Below, in pieces: positions 10,501 through 19,436 of a stretch of DNA of 64,000 bases. Below the pieces are notes generated by a model, which had not been told where the DNA came from, searched no databases, and saw only the letters and a list, made by a program, of their open reading frames with translations. The position numbers and the translations under genes were made by a program. Numbering within the stretch: position 1 is the first letter of the stretch; each line of letters begins with the position of its first letter. Source of the DNA: an uncultured Chloroflexia bacterium (GTDB lineage Bacteria > Chloroflexota > Limnocylindria > Limnocylindrales > CSP1-4); NCBI GenBank assembly GCA_963746845.1, contig CAVVCZ010000007.1:1-64000 (forward strand). The letters are read 5' to 3'.

Positions 10501-10893
10501 GGCCCAGCTCGTAGAGCATGAGCGGGCTGACCGGTTCCTGGATCCCTCGTGCGGCCCGGAGGTGGTCCATGACCGCGGCGATCGCGTAGCCGACGGCCGT
10601 CGGCCCGGCCTGTTCCAGGACCGTGACGTCGGTCCTCCGGGCGTCGAATGCCGGGGGCAGTCCGGGCGGTGGCTGACCGGCTGGTGCCGGCGCGTCAGCG
10701 CGGTCCGGCGACGGGGCGTTCGGCGAGCCGACGAAGCGGACTCGACGTCGTCGACCGGGCGGCGCGATGTCTTCGAGACGCGATCGCCGTCGACCCCGGC
10801 GGTCTCGGGACGGGCGACGGACTCCGGCGCGGGCGGCACCGGCGCGGGCGGCTCCGGCCCGGTTCCGGGACTCTCGGTCGGTGCCGTCGACAC
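7595..10893 (-). CDS. Papain-like (C1) peptidase domain fused to a KAP-family P-loop NTPase; start uncertain, possible frameshift near 10740
   Basis: GGHAFAIAGY..QNSWG.WG.KGF (C1 His/Asn); Walker A GDWGSGKS, FNAWHY, two TM helices, coiled coils, Walker B IVLYIDDLDRC, YLEKIFQIPF. Confidence 0.85.
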
Positions 10894-11028
10894 GAGCGAC
10901 CTCGCTGGCGGACGACCTCCGGCCCGCGCGGACCACGTGAGCGGAAAGGCCGACGCGGCCGGTTATACGCGCGGACCGTCTCGCTCGCGTTGCTCGAGCG
11001 ACGAGGGGCTGCGCACACGGCAGGACCG

Positions 11029-11061
11029 GATTGAACCGTCCGGTGCTTCCCCTCCCCCAGT
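11029..11061 (+). promoter_or_regulatory. ECF sigma-type promoter of the lipoprotein gene
   Basis: GATTGAACC-N17-CCCCAGT-type motif, with spacing identical to the motif upstream of the ECF gene (14590-14622, minus strand). Confidence 0.6.
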
Positions 11062-11099
11062 AGCTCGGCAGACGCAGCCGGCGCGGTCGAGGGAGGTGG

Positions 11100-11633
11100 A
11101 TGATGACGAGGATCTGGACCCGGCTCGCGGGCACGATCGGGATCACGCTGCTCGCGGGGTGTGCCGCGACAGGCGGGGCCACACCCTCGGCATCCCGAAC
11201 GGCGGCCCCGGCGATCGAGTCCGTGCTACCAACGGCAGCCTCGCTCGCTCCGTCCCCAAGCACAATGCGGACCAGCCACCCGGCGACGGCACTCCCCGCG
11301 GGCGACCGTTCGCTCTGGCCGCAGGGCGGACCGGTTCCTGATCAGCTCGACGGTGACTGGTTCGATGCCGGCGGGGTCAAGCTGACCCTCCACGACACCG
11401 GCTACTACTTCTACGCGCCGCCCGGGATCGACGTCGGTGGCGACATCGTGTTCGATGGCAACAAGGCGGCGCTCTTCAATGCCGGCCCATGCGGGATCGT
11501 CCTCCCCGACGGCATCGGCACCTACACGTGGGAGATCAACCCGGATCAATCGCTGACGTTCCACCACACGAACACGGATCCATGCCATCGCGGCGACTTC
11601 ATCAGCTCGCCGAAGTGGTTCCGGAAGCCGTGA
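11100..11633 (+). CDS. Lipoprotein of unknown function
   Basis: GGAGG RBS, lipobox LLAGC, Ser/Pro linker, small beta-rich domain with two Cys. Confidence 0.8.
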   Translation: MMTRIWTRLAGTIGITLLAGCAATGGATPSASRTAAPAIESVLPTAASLAPSPSTMRTSHPATALPAGDRSLWPQGGPVPDQLDGDWFDAGGVKLTLHDTGYYFYAPPGIDVGGDIVFDGNKAALFNAGPCGIVLPDGIGTYTWEINPDQSLTFHHTNTDPCHRGDFISSPKWFRKP

Positions 11634-11636
11634 TGC

Positions 11637-12662
11637 CTACGGCGTCGGGACTCGCGCCGGATCGATCCGCAGGACGGCATCGCCCTCGAAGCTCGAGACC
11701 CACACGGAACCGAACGCTGCGAACGGAGGCCCGAGCGCCGGGAAGCCGAGATCGACCGCCGGGCCGAGCGCGGCGGACTTCCGGTCAAGCCGCCGGATCG
11801 TCCCGGCGTCGAAGTCCGTGAGCCACACGGAGCCGAAGGCATCGATCAGGCCGCCGGGGGTCCCACCGACCGGGACCTTCCGCAGCTCCCTGGTCCTGAT
11901 GTCGATCTGGAGCAGGTCCGGCGACCCGCGGCCGGTCGCCCAGATCGTCCCATCCACGAGGAGCAGGACACCGTAGTGGCCGACTGCCCAGTGATCGGTG
12001 ATCCGGCGGGTCTTCAGGTCGAACCGCCAGACGACGTCGCCGTCCGGGCCGCCACCGCACCACAGCCCGGAGCCAACCACTGCCAGGCCCCAGCACGACC
12101 CGCCGATGTCGAACGTCTCGCCGGTCCTGAGCGTGTCGGGATCGAGCGCGGTCAGGGAGCCGCCGTGGTAGACGTAGACGTCGCTGCCGACGCGGATCAG
12201 ACCGCCGGCCTCCGGCACGTGGACGGTCCCGGTCACCTTGAGCGTCTTCGGATCCAGCCGGGTCATGACCCCGGCGTTGTACGACGCCGACCAGAGCTGC
12301 CCGTCGAAGAACTCGACGCCGCCCTGGGTCGGAAGGTCGAGCGGGGTCACGGTGTTGGTGGCCGGGTCGATGATCGAGACGTCGTAGCTGCGATGGTCGT
12401 CCACCCAGATCCGCCCGTCGCCGGCGTCGAGATAGAGCGGCCCGGTCCCGGGCGGCTCGCGGATGGCGGCGACGATCGCGTCGGCGAGGGGCACCACGGA
12501 TGGGGTCGAGGCGGGCGACGGGGTCGAGGCGGGCGATGGAGACGCAGCGGGTGTCACCGTGCTCGCGGGAAGTGTCGGCCTGGCGGGTGTCGGCGCGTTT
12601 GCTCCACCGCACCCGACCAGGAGCGTTGCGAGGAGCAAGCTCGGGACCGGACGCGATCTCAT
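11637..12662 (-). CDS. Lipoprotein with beta-propeller (YncE/Vgb-like) repeats
   Basis: Lipobox LLVGC, Pro/Ser linker, repeated G.xW...xxRxDP.T blades; start overlaps the upstream stop. Confidence 0.8.
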   Translation of the reverse strand: MRSRPVPSLLLATLLVGCGGANAPTPARPTLPASTVTPAASPSPASTPSPASTPSVVPLADAIVAAIREPPGTGPLYLDAGDGRIWVDDHRSYDVSIIDPATNTVTPLDLPTQGGVEFFDGQLWSASYNAGVMTRLDPKTLKVTGTVHVPEAGGLIRVGSDVYVYHGGSLTALDPDTLRTGETFDIGGSCWGLAVVGSGLWCGGGPDGDVVWRFDLKTRRITDHWAVGHYGVLLLVDGTIWATGRGSPDLLQIDIRTRELRKVPVGGTPGGLIDAFGSVWLTDFDAGTIRRLDRKSAALGPAVDLGFPALGPPFAAFGSVWVSSFEGDAVLRIDPARVPTP

Positions 12663-13858
12663 GGCACCGCGATCGCCTCGATCGCCCCGCTCGTGACGAC
12701 GACGACGGCCGATGGATCGTCGACGATGTCGATCGCCATCCCGCCAAGGGTCAGCGCGTCCGACACGACCCCGGCCGACGGGTCGACCCGCGAGATCACG
12801 AACTGATCCATGAGCGCCCAGACGGCCGCCTTTCCGGCCCGGACCTGGGTGGCGGGTCCGTCCGGGAGGGGCAGCGCGACCGTTGGCGTGCCGGTCGTCG
12901 CGTCGAACCCGATGACCCGCGAGCCGTCCGCGGGGTCGATCAGCCATGCGGTCGACGCGGTCAGGACCAGCTGGCCCTGCCGCACCCCGGCCGATCCGGC
13001 CGGCAACGTCGACCGACCGACGACCTGGTTCGTTCGCGGGTCGATCCGGACCAGCTCGCCGTCATCCAGCATCGCCCAGACGTGATCGTCGTCCGCGGCG
13101 AGCGCCCGGACTGCCCCCGGCAACGGGACCTGCGCGACGATCGCCCCGGTTGCAGGGTCGAGATGGGCGACGGCCCGACCCACGACGGCCCACAGCGACT
13201 GACCGGCGCCGCTGATCGGCCCGCTGGCGACTGTCGAGGTGATGACCGCGACGCCGGTTCGCGGATCGACCATCGTGAGCGGCTTCCCATCCACCGCGAC
13301 CCACAGGACGCCTCCGGCCGCGACCAGCTGCGCGTTGGTTGCCGAGGCGCCGGTCGAGATCGTGACGGTGGCCGCGGCCGTCAGCGTCTTCCGATCGAGG
13401 TGCTGCAGGACCATCGACGTGCCGGACCGCTTCAGCACCCAGAGCTCCCCGTCGACCGCGACGAAGCCGTCGACCTGACCGGACAGGGGCGCGCTGAGCA
13501 GGACGTCCGGATGGCTCGGGCTCGGGAGTGCGGCCGTGCTGTTCGATGGCAGGGTCAGGGGCTGCGCGGACGGCAGCACCGTCGGCCCGGGGGCCGCAAC
13601 CTTGCCGGCGATCGTGAACAGCGACCAGACGGCGCCCGCAACCAGCGTGACGGCGACGACCGCCGAGACCGCGAGCACGCCCCACGAGCGCCCACCCGTG
13701 AGGCGAACCGCCCAGCCCCGCCGTTGCGGCGTCGCCGAGATCGCGGAACGAACGGCCTGGCGGGCCGCCGTGGAGCTCGTCGTCGGGCCGTCGCTCAGGT
13801 AGACGCGGAGCCGATCGCTCATGGCGGTCGTGTCGAGGTCGCGACGGTCGGAGGTCAT
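12659..13858 (-). CDS. Putative anti-sigma factor with TM helix and extracytoplasmic beta-propeller
   Basis: Directly downstream of the ECF gene with a 4-nt overlap; short N-terminal domain (LRVYLSDGP...ATPQRR), TM helix and propeller blades. Confidence 0.7.
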   Translation of the reverse strand: MTSDRRDLDTTAMSDRLRVYLSDGPTTSSTAARQAVRSAISATPQRRGWAVRLTGGRSWGVLAVSAVVAVTLVAGAVWSLFTIAGKVAAPGPTVLPSAQPLTLPSNSTAALPSPSHPDVLLSAPLSGQVDGFVAVDGELWVLKRSGTSMVLQHLDRKTLTAAATVTISTGASATNAQLVAAGGVLWVAVDGKPLTMVDPRTGVAVITSTVASGPISGAGQSLWAVVGRAVAHLDPATGAIVAQVPLPGAVRALAADDDHVWAMLDDGELVRIDPRTNQVVGRSTLPAGSAGVRQGQLVLTASTAWLIDPADGSRVIGFDATTGTPTVALPLPDGPATQVRAGKAAVWALMDQFVISRVDPSAGVVSDALTLGGMAIDIVDDPSAVVVVTSGAIEAIAVP

Positions 13859-14433
13859 GACGCCTCCCCCCGGATCGCCGTCGAGCGCTCCTCGGTCAGA
13901 AGCGCGGCACGCAGTGCCCGGGTTGCATGGTGGAGTCGTGACTTGACCGTCCCCGGGGGGACATCGAGGAGGGCGGCTGCCTCGGTCGCCGTCAGCCCGA
14001 GGTAGTAGGTGACGACGAGGACGGCACGGTGGTCGGGCGACAGGTGACGGAACGCGCGATCCATCTCGTCGCGGCCGGCCAGTTCCGTCTCGAGGTCACC
14101 GGGCGCACCAACCTCGTTCGGTCGCTCGTCGGCCGCGCCGCTCGAGGCGAAGGGGCGGACCGCGATCCGGGCGACGCGCTCGCGCCGGGCGCGCCGGACC
14201 GAGGCGCGGACGAGGAGGCGGTTGACCCAGGCATCGAAGCGACCCGGGTCGCGGAGACCGGGCAGGTCTCGCCAGGCGCTGACGAGCGCGTCCTGGACGG
14301 CGTCCTCCGCGACGTCGAAGTCGCGCACGATCCGGTAGGCCGTCGCGAAGAGGGCGTCGATCGACGTCTCGAGGAGGATGTCGAACGCCTCCCGATCCCC
14401 GTCGCGTGCCTGCTGGACGAGCGCTTCTCGCAC
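13855..14433 (-). CDS. ECF RNA polymerase sigma factor (alternative start 14535)
   Basis: AEDAVQDALVSAWRDL..LRDP.RFDAW (region 2); LSPDHRAVLV...GTVKSRLHHA (region 4). Confidence 0.92.
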   Translation of the reverse strand: MREALVQQARDGDREAFDILLETSIDALFATAYRIVRDFDVAEDAVQDALVSAWRDLPGLRDPGRFDAWVNRLLVRASVRRARRERVARIAVRPFASSGAADERPNEVGAPGDLETELAGRDEMDRAFRHLSPDHRAVLVVTYYLGLTATEAAALLDVPPGTVKSRLHHATRALRAALLTEERSTAIRGEAS

Positions 14434-14589
14434 CGGACTGCCGCCTGGGCGTACCGCGATGGCCGCGGCCGCAGGATACGACGCGGGTGCGGCGTCCCCG
14501 CCTCCGATGCCGAGCCGAAGCGTCTGGCTGCCCATGTCGTCCCGTCCGGAGCTGCCTCGGCGAACGTCAGCCGCGGTCCCGCTCGGGTC

Positions 14590-14622
14590 ACTGGGGCGCG
14601 TGGTAGCCCGATCGGTTCAATC
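14590..14622 (-). promoter_or_regulatory. Putative autoregulatory ECF promoter
   Basis: Minus strand reads GATTGAACCgatcgggctaccacgcgCCCCAGT. Confidence 0.6.
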
Positions 14623-14961
14623 TTCGCGGCGATGGTGACGTGGAGCCGAGTCGAGGTGATGGATGGTCTTCACGGCAACGAGGAGCGCTCCGAAGAGGCT
14701 CGCGGCGGAGCTGGCGCCGAATACCCACCAGAACTCGGCGATCCGCCCGGCCACGGCCATGTCCGAAGCCGAGAACGAGACCGGGTACTGCTGCGCAATC
14801 GGGACGGCGAGGGCGAACGCGACGGCTACGGCGAGGAAGGTCACGGCCGACACGACGAGTCCGAGGACTGCGGATGCGGCGACCATGCCGATCGCGATCG
14901 TCCCGACGGCGCCGCGGTGTCCGGAGCGATCACGCTGCTGGGGCAGCGAGGAGGTAGTCAT
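14617..14961 (-). CDS. Small membrane protein of unknown function (paralog of 1321-1644)
   Basis: GGAG RBS, hydrophobic helices and clear similarity to 1321-1644. Confidence 0.7.
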   Translation of the reverse strand: MTTSSLPQQRDRSGHRGAVGTIAIGMVAASAVLGLVVSAVTFLAVAVAFALAVPIAQQYPVSFSASDMAVAGRIAEFWWVFGASSAASLFGALLVAVKTIHHLDSAPRHHRRED

Positions 14962-15028
14962 GACGGACTCCAGTTCCGTTGCGCGGTTCGTTTGACGCTG
15001 GCCATCACAGTGCGCCAGGGCCCCGAAA

Positions 15029-15053
15029 GGCCCTCGGTTCGTGTCCGAGGGCC
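15029..15053. terminator. GC hairpin downstream of the ABC operon (terminator or operator)
   Basis: Perfect 9-bp stem GGCCCTCGG-N7-CCGAGGGCC. Confidence 0.35.
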
Positions 15054-15076
15054 GTTCGAGAGCGATCGCTGCTCCG

Positions 15077-15898
15077 CTAGAGGTCCATCGCGTTCAGGCG
15101 CTTCCGCGCCAGAGCGAAGAGGACGGCCAGGCCGACGAGCCAGGCAGCCGGTGTCACGAGCGATGCCGGGCCGCCGGTCGAGATGGCCACGGTCCAGTCA
15201 AAGATCGAGCCGGGGAAGAACGGCGTGACTGCCGGGACAACGCCGCCGACGATCTGCGGCGCGACCAGGACGGCGAGGCCGATCGCGCCGACGGCGGCCT
15301 GACTCGGGACGAACGTCGCCGCAGCCAGCGCCACCGCGACGTAGAACGCCGGCACGGCGATCAGCGTGCCTCCGAGGACGATCACAGTGGCGAGATCCGG
15401 GAGGCCGTAAAGAACCGTTACGAGGACCGTTGTGAAGGCCATCGGGATGACGACCGCGGCCACCCAGACGACGAGCGTTGCGGTCAGCCACTTGCTCACG
15501 AGGACGCTCGTCCGCGACACCGGCTTGGAGATCGTCCATGCCAGCGTCCCGCTGTCACGCTCGGCGACGAACAGGCTCATGGTGGCGAAGATCGCCGCCA
15601 GGACGATGAACTGGGTGCCGATCGCGAGCATCAGGTTGTCGAGCGGAAGCACCGACAGGACCTTGGCCGGGCCGTCACCGGGATCGGCCGGGAAGGACCG
15701 GACCGCCCACTCGGTGATCCGGGCATTGGCGGCGGCGAGGGCGAAGACCGACGCCGTGACGCCGAGGACGATCCATGGCCGCTTGCCGTGGAGCCACTCC
15801 GAGAGGTCCTTCCGGACGAGATTGCGGAGGCCGAGCAATCGCGGCCGGCCGAGGGTTGCCTGCCCGACGGCAGTCGGATCGAGGGTCATGGCGTTCAT
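15077..15898 (-). CDS. ABC-2 type exporter permease
   Basis: Six TM helices; AERDSGTLAWTISKPVSR..LVSK motif. Confidence 0.88.
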   Translation of the reverse strand: MNAMTLDPTAVGQATLGRPRLLGLRNLVRKDLSEWLHGKRPWIVLGVTASVFALAAANARITEWAVRSFPADPGDGPAKVLSVLPLDNLMLAIGTQFIVLAAIFATMSLFVAERDSGTLAWTISKPVSRTSVLVSKWLTATLVVWVAAVVIPMAFTTVLVTVLYGLPDLATVIVLGGTLIAVPAFYVAVALAAATFVPSQAAVGAIGLAVLVAPQIVGGVVPAVTPFFPGSIFDWTVAISTGGPASLVTPAAWLVGLAVLFALARKRLNAMDL

Positions 15899-16848
15899 GC
15901 GGCACGCTCCTTGGAGTCGATGAGCCGGAGGAAGACCTCTTCGAGGTCGGCCTTCTCGGGGGCATTGGTGACGAGCGTGAGGTCCGATTCGACCGCGTAG
16001 CGGGTCACCGCTCGCTGGACCGCATCGGTCTGACCGGGACGCGCCTGGATCAGGAAGGTGGCCTGATCTCGATCGCGCGCCTCGAGCTGGACGGAAGCGA
16101 CATCGGGAAGTGCCGCGAGACCGCCGGCGGTGGAGTCCGTGACACCGCGCACCACGACCCGCACCCGATCACGGGTGAAGCTGCCGAGCAGCTCCTGCGT
16201 CGGCGCGGCGCGAACGAGGCGGCCCTGGTCGAGGATCGCGACGTGGTCGGAGACCCGCTGGACGTCGTCGAGGATGTGCGTCGAGTAGAAGATCGTCGCG
16301 TGCCCGCGCAGGCCTTCCATGAGATCGAGGACGTCGCGCCGGCCGATCGGGTCGAGCGCGCTGGCCGGCTCATCGAGCAGCAGCACCTGCGGCCTGCCGA
16401 TGAGGGCCTGGGCGATCCCGAGCCGCTGGCGCATCCCGCCCGAGTAGGTTCGCGTCGGGCGATCGGCGGCGGCGGTGATGCCCGTCAGCTCGAGCACCTC
16501 GTCGATGCGGCGGTCGATCGGGTCCTGAACCCAGGGGTAGAAGCCGGCGACGTAGCGAAGGGTCTGGCGCGCCGTCATCCAGTCGTAGAAGCGTGGCTCC
16601 TGGCCGAGGTAGCCGATGGCCCGCTTGTACGACTCGCCGGCCGCCAGCGGGACGCCCGCGACGGTCGCGCTGCCGCTCGTGGGCCGGCTGAGGCCGGCAA
16701 GGATCTTGAGGGCTGTCGTCTTGCCGGCGCCGTTGGCGCCGAGGAAGCCGTAGATCGAGCCCTGCGGGACCTCGAGGCTGAGGCCGTCGAGGGCGCGGAC
16801 TCCCGGATAGTGCTTGGTGAGATCGGTCGTGCTGATGGCTGAGGGCAC
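15895..16848 (-). CDS. ABC transporter ATP-binding protein
   Basis: GANGAGKTT, YSGGMRQR, LLLDEP; GAAAGGAG RBS before GTG 16848. Confidence 0.93.
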   Translation of the reverse strand: MPSAISTTDLTKHYPGVRALDGLSLEVPQGSIYGFLGANGAGKTTALKILAGLSRPTSGSATVAGVPLAAGESYKRAIGYLGQEPRFYDWMTARQTLRYVAGFYPWVQDPIDRRIDEVLELTGITAAADRPTRTYSGGMRQRLGIAQALIGRPQVLLLDEPASALDPIGRRDVLDLMEGLRGHATIFYSTHILDDVQRVSDHVAILDQGRLVRAAPTQELLGSFTRDRVRVVVRGVTDSTAGGLAALPDVASVQLEARDRDQATFLIQARPGQTDAVQRAVTRYAVESDLTLVTNAPEKADLEEVFLRLIDSKERAA

Positions 16849-16915
16849 GTGAGCTCCTTTCGGTGCGAGGGAACCTGCTGGTTCGGTCTCCACCGTGGGG
16901 GCTCATGGGTCGCCG

Positions 16916-16949
16916 GCCATCCGGGCAAACACTGAGTGCGACACTGGTT
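16916..16949 (-). promoter_or_regulatory. 34-bp motif upstream of the ABC operon (shared with 19375-19408)
   Basis: AACCAGTGTCGCACTCAGTGTTTGCCCGGATGGC, 26/34 identical to the motif upstream of the 19489 ORF. Confidence 0.55.
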
Positions 16950-16981
16950 CTGTCCAGATCGCGGCCCGTCGTGGGCGTTCC

Positions 16982-19300
16982 TCAGACCGGTGCAGTCTCC
17001 TGCGTGCTCGCGAACCATCGCGCGACCTGGAGACGGGTATCGACGCCGAGCTTGTTGAAGATGCTCGCGACATGGCTCTCGACGGTGCGCTCGGAGATGA
17101 ACAGGCGCGCCGCCACCTGGGCATTCGTCGCGCCATCGGCCACGAGCGCCGCCACTTCCATCTCGCGCCGCGACAGCGGACCGGGTGATACGGACGGTGC
17201 GGCCGGAGGGGCGGCCGGCCGCCGCGCATCGACCGCATAGTCGACGACCTCGTCGCGAGTCATCGCCAGCCCGGCGGCGTACGCAGTCAAATACGCCGCC
17301 TCTCCCAGCGCATGGCGGGCATCGTCGGCCGCTCGCCGCCGGGCATCGCGGTACGGTTCCATGAGGGCCGAAGGGATCGACTCGAAGATCATGTCTGAAG
17401 CACCCAGCAGGGTGGCGGTCCGAGATGCAGACCCTCGCGTCATCTCGATCGAGGCGAGCAGGGCAATGGTTTGCGCGAGGCCAGTCCGATCGTCAAGCTC
17501 ACGCTCGAGAGCGACGGCTCGTTGAGCAAAACCGGCGGCTTCGTCGCGATCTCCACGGCCCAGGCTTGCGCGGGCAAGCAGCCGGAACATGATCCCGCGA
17601 ATCCATGTCTCGCCCAGTTCCTCACTGAGATGCACGCCCTCGCCTGCGATCGCGATCGCCGCATCGAAGTCACCCTGCCCGAGGAAGGCGTATCCGCGCG
17701 CATCCAGGGCGTGAAGCGTCGCGGCCTGCAGGTGCATGGACCGCGCCAGGTTGAGGGACTCGTCAGCAAACGCGGCGGCGTCGTCCGAACGGCCTTCGAC
17801 CCACGACACCAATGAGAGGAATGCCAGCGAACGCGCGACGACATCCGCGTCGCCGATTGCGCGACCGATCGACCCGGCCTCAGCGAACATCTGCCCGGCG
17901 AGCGTGTAGTCATTCTGCAGGAAGGTGACGACCCCGGCGGTCGATAGCGCGCGGGCACGTGACCTCGTGGCAGCCGGGACCGACTGAAGCAGCGCAGCGA
18001 AGACGCGGCGAACGTCGGTGATCGGTCCCTGGGCCGACCAGTAGACCCACAGGTCGCTGCAGATGCCAACGCCGCGCTCCGCCTCCGAGGGATCACCAAG
18101 ACAGAAGTCGATCGCGGCCCAGAGGTTGGCTCGCTCCGCCCGGACCCGGCGAAACAGCTCGACCTGGCGCTCATCTTCGGCGCCCACCGCAACGGCAAGA
18201 TCAGCGATCCAGTCCCGGTGGCGCGCGCGCAATGTTTGTTCGGCTCCTGCCTCTCGAAGCCGCTCGCGGCCGAACTGGCGAAGCGGTTCGAGGAGCCGGA
18301 AGCGGTCGGCGGCCTCTCCCTGTCGTCGTTTGAGCACGGACTTCTCGACGAGCGACCCGACGAGCTCCGGGATCTCCTCGGCTTCGAGCCCGTCGCCGGC
18401 ACACACCGCCTGTGCCGCATCGAGCTCGAACCCACCAGCGAATACCGAGAGGCGGCCCCACAGCCATCGCTCGTGCTCACTCAGGAGCTGATAGCTCCAG
18501 TCGATCGCCCCGTCGAGGGTCTGCTGGCGGAGCGATAGGCTGCGGTCCCCTGTGCCCAACGCCCCGAGCCGGGCTGAAAGTCCACGATCGAGGGCGTCCA
18601 GGCCGAGAGCGTTGAGCCGGACCGCCGCCAGCTCGAGCGCCAGCGGGATGCCGTCGAGGTGGGTGCATACGCTCAGGACCGCGGCGGCGTTCGCGGCGTC
18701 CGCGGCGAAGCCTTGCTGGACGGCACTCGCGCGCTCCACGAACAGGGCCACGGCGTCCGATCGGAGAAGGGCCTCCGGCGACGCATCGCCATCGTCGGGC
18801 AGCGACAGGGTCGGTACATCGATCACGACTTCGCCGGTGACCCCGAGGGCCTGCCGGCTCGTGGCCAGGATCCGCACGTCGGGACAGGCGCGCAGCAGTG
18901 TTCCCGCCAGGACGGCCGCGGCGTCGTGGACGTGCTCGCAGTTGTCGAGGATCAGGAGCGGCCGTTTGTCGGCGAGATAGTCGCTGAGGGTGGAGACGGC
19001 CCAGCTGGCTGAGTGGTCCTGGAGTCCGAGCGCGGCGAAGACCGCCTGCGGGACGAGCTCGGGGTCCTGGATGGGCGCCAACTCGACGAACCAGACGCCA
19101 TCGGGGTACTGGCGGGCGCTCTCCCGGCCGGCCCGCAGGGCGAGCTTCGTCTTGCCGACACCGCCGGCCCCGGTCAGCGTCAGCAGCCGCGTCGAGACCA
19201 GGGCCCGCTTGAGGTCGGCCAGGCCCTGACGGCGGCCCACGAAACTCGTCAGTTCGACTGGCAAGTTGCCGGCATGCAGGGTGGCTCGGGTGGGCGCCAA
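16982..19300 (-). CDS. STAND ATPase/TPR/LuxR-HTH transcriptional regulator
   Basis: GNLPVELTSFVGR, Walker A GAGGVGKT, LILDNCEH, LDGIPLALELAA, and a C-terminal HTH (LSRREMEVA...KLGVDTR). Confidence 0.93.
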   Translation of the reverse strand: MAPTRATLHAGNLPVELTSFVGRRQGLADLKRALVSTRLLTLTGAGGVGKTKLALRAGRESARQYPDGVWFVELAPIQDPELVPQAVFAALGLQDHSASWAVSTLSDYLADKRPLLILDNCEHVHDAAAVLAGTLLRACPDVRILATSRQALGVTGEVVIDVPTLSLPDDGDASPEALLRSDAVALFVERASAVQQGFAADAANAAAVLSVCTHLDGIPLALELAAVRLNALGLDALDRGLSARLGALGTGDRSLSLRQQTLDGAIDWSYQLLSEHERWLWGRLSVFAGGFELDAAQAVCAGDGLEAEEIPELVGSLVEKSVLKRRQGEAADRFRLLEPLRQFGRERLREAGAEQTLRARHRDWIADLAVAVGAEDERQVELFRRVRAERANLWAAIDFCLGDPSEAERGVGICSDLWVYWSAQGPITDVRRVFAALLQSVPAATRSRARALSTAGVVTFLQNDYTLAGQMFAEAGSIGRAIGDADVVARSLAFLSLVSWVEGRSDDAAAFADESLNLARSMHLQAATLHALDARGYAFLGQGDFDAAIAIAGEGVHLSEELGETWIRGIMFRLLARASLGRGDRDEAAGFAQRAVALERELDDRTGLAQTIALLASIEMTRGSASRTATLLGASDMIFESIPSALMEPYRDARRRAADDARHALGEAAYLTAYAAGLAMTRDEVVDYAVDARRPAAPPAAPSVSPGPLSRREMEVAALVADGATNAQVAARLFISERTVESHVASIFNKLGVDTRLQVARWFASTQETAPV

Positions 19301-19374
19301 GGCCCTCGGAGCCTAGCCCTGTGAAGGCGCTTGAGCAAGGCGCGGACGTCGTCGCTGTTGTGATAACCCGCAGG

Positions 19375-19408
19375 AATCCGTGCCGCTGTCCGTGTTAGCC
19401 CCGATGGC
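19375..19408 (+). promoter_or_regulatory. 34-bp motif upstream of the small Cys-rich ORF
   Basis: AATCCGTGCCGCTGTCCGTGTTAGCCCCGATGGC. Confidence 0.55.
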
Positions 19409-19436
19409 AGGGCTCCCCCGACGGTCGACAGTGGCC

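Noticed and set aside
8549-11341. 930-aa plus-strand ORF
   Set aside because: Antisense shadow of the KAP fusion, typical of high-GC DNA, with no motifs.
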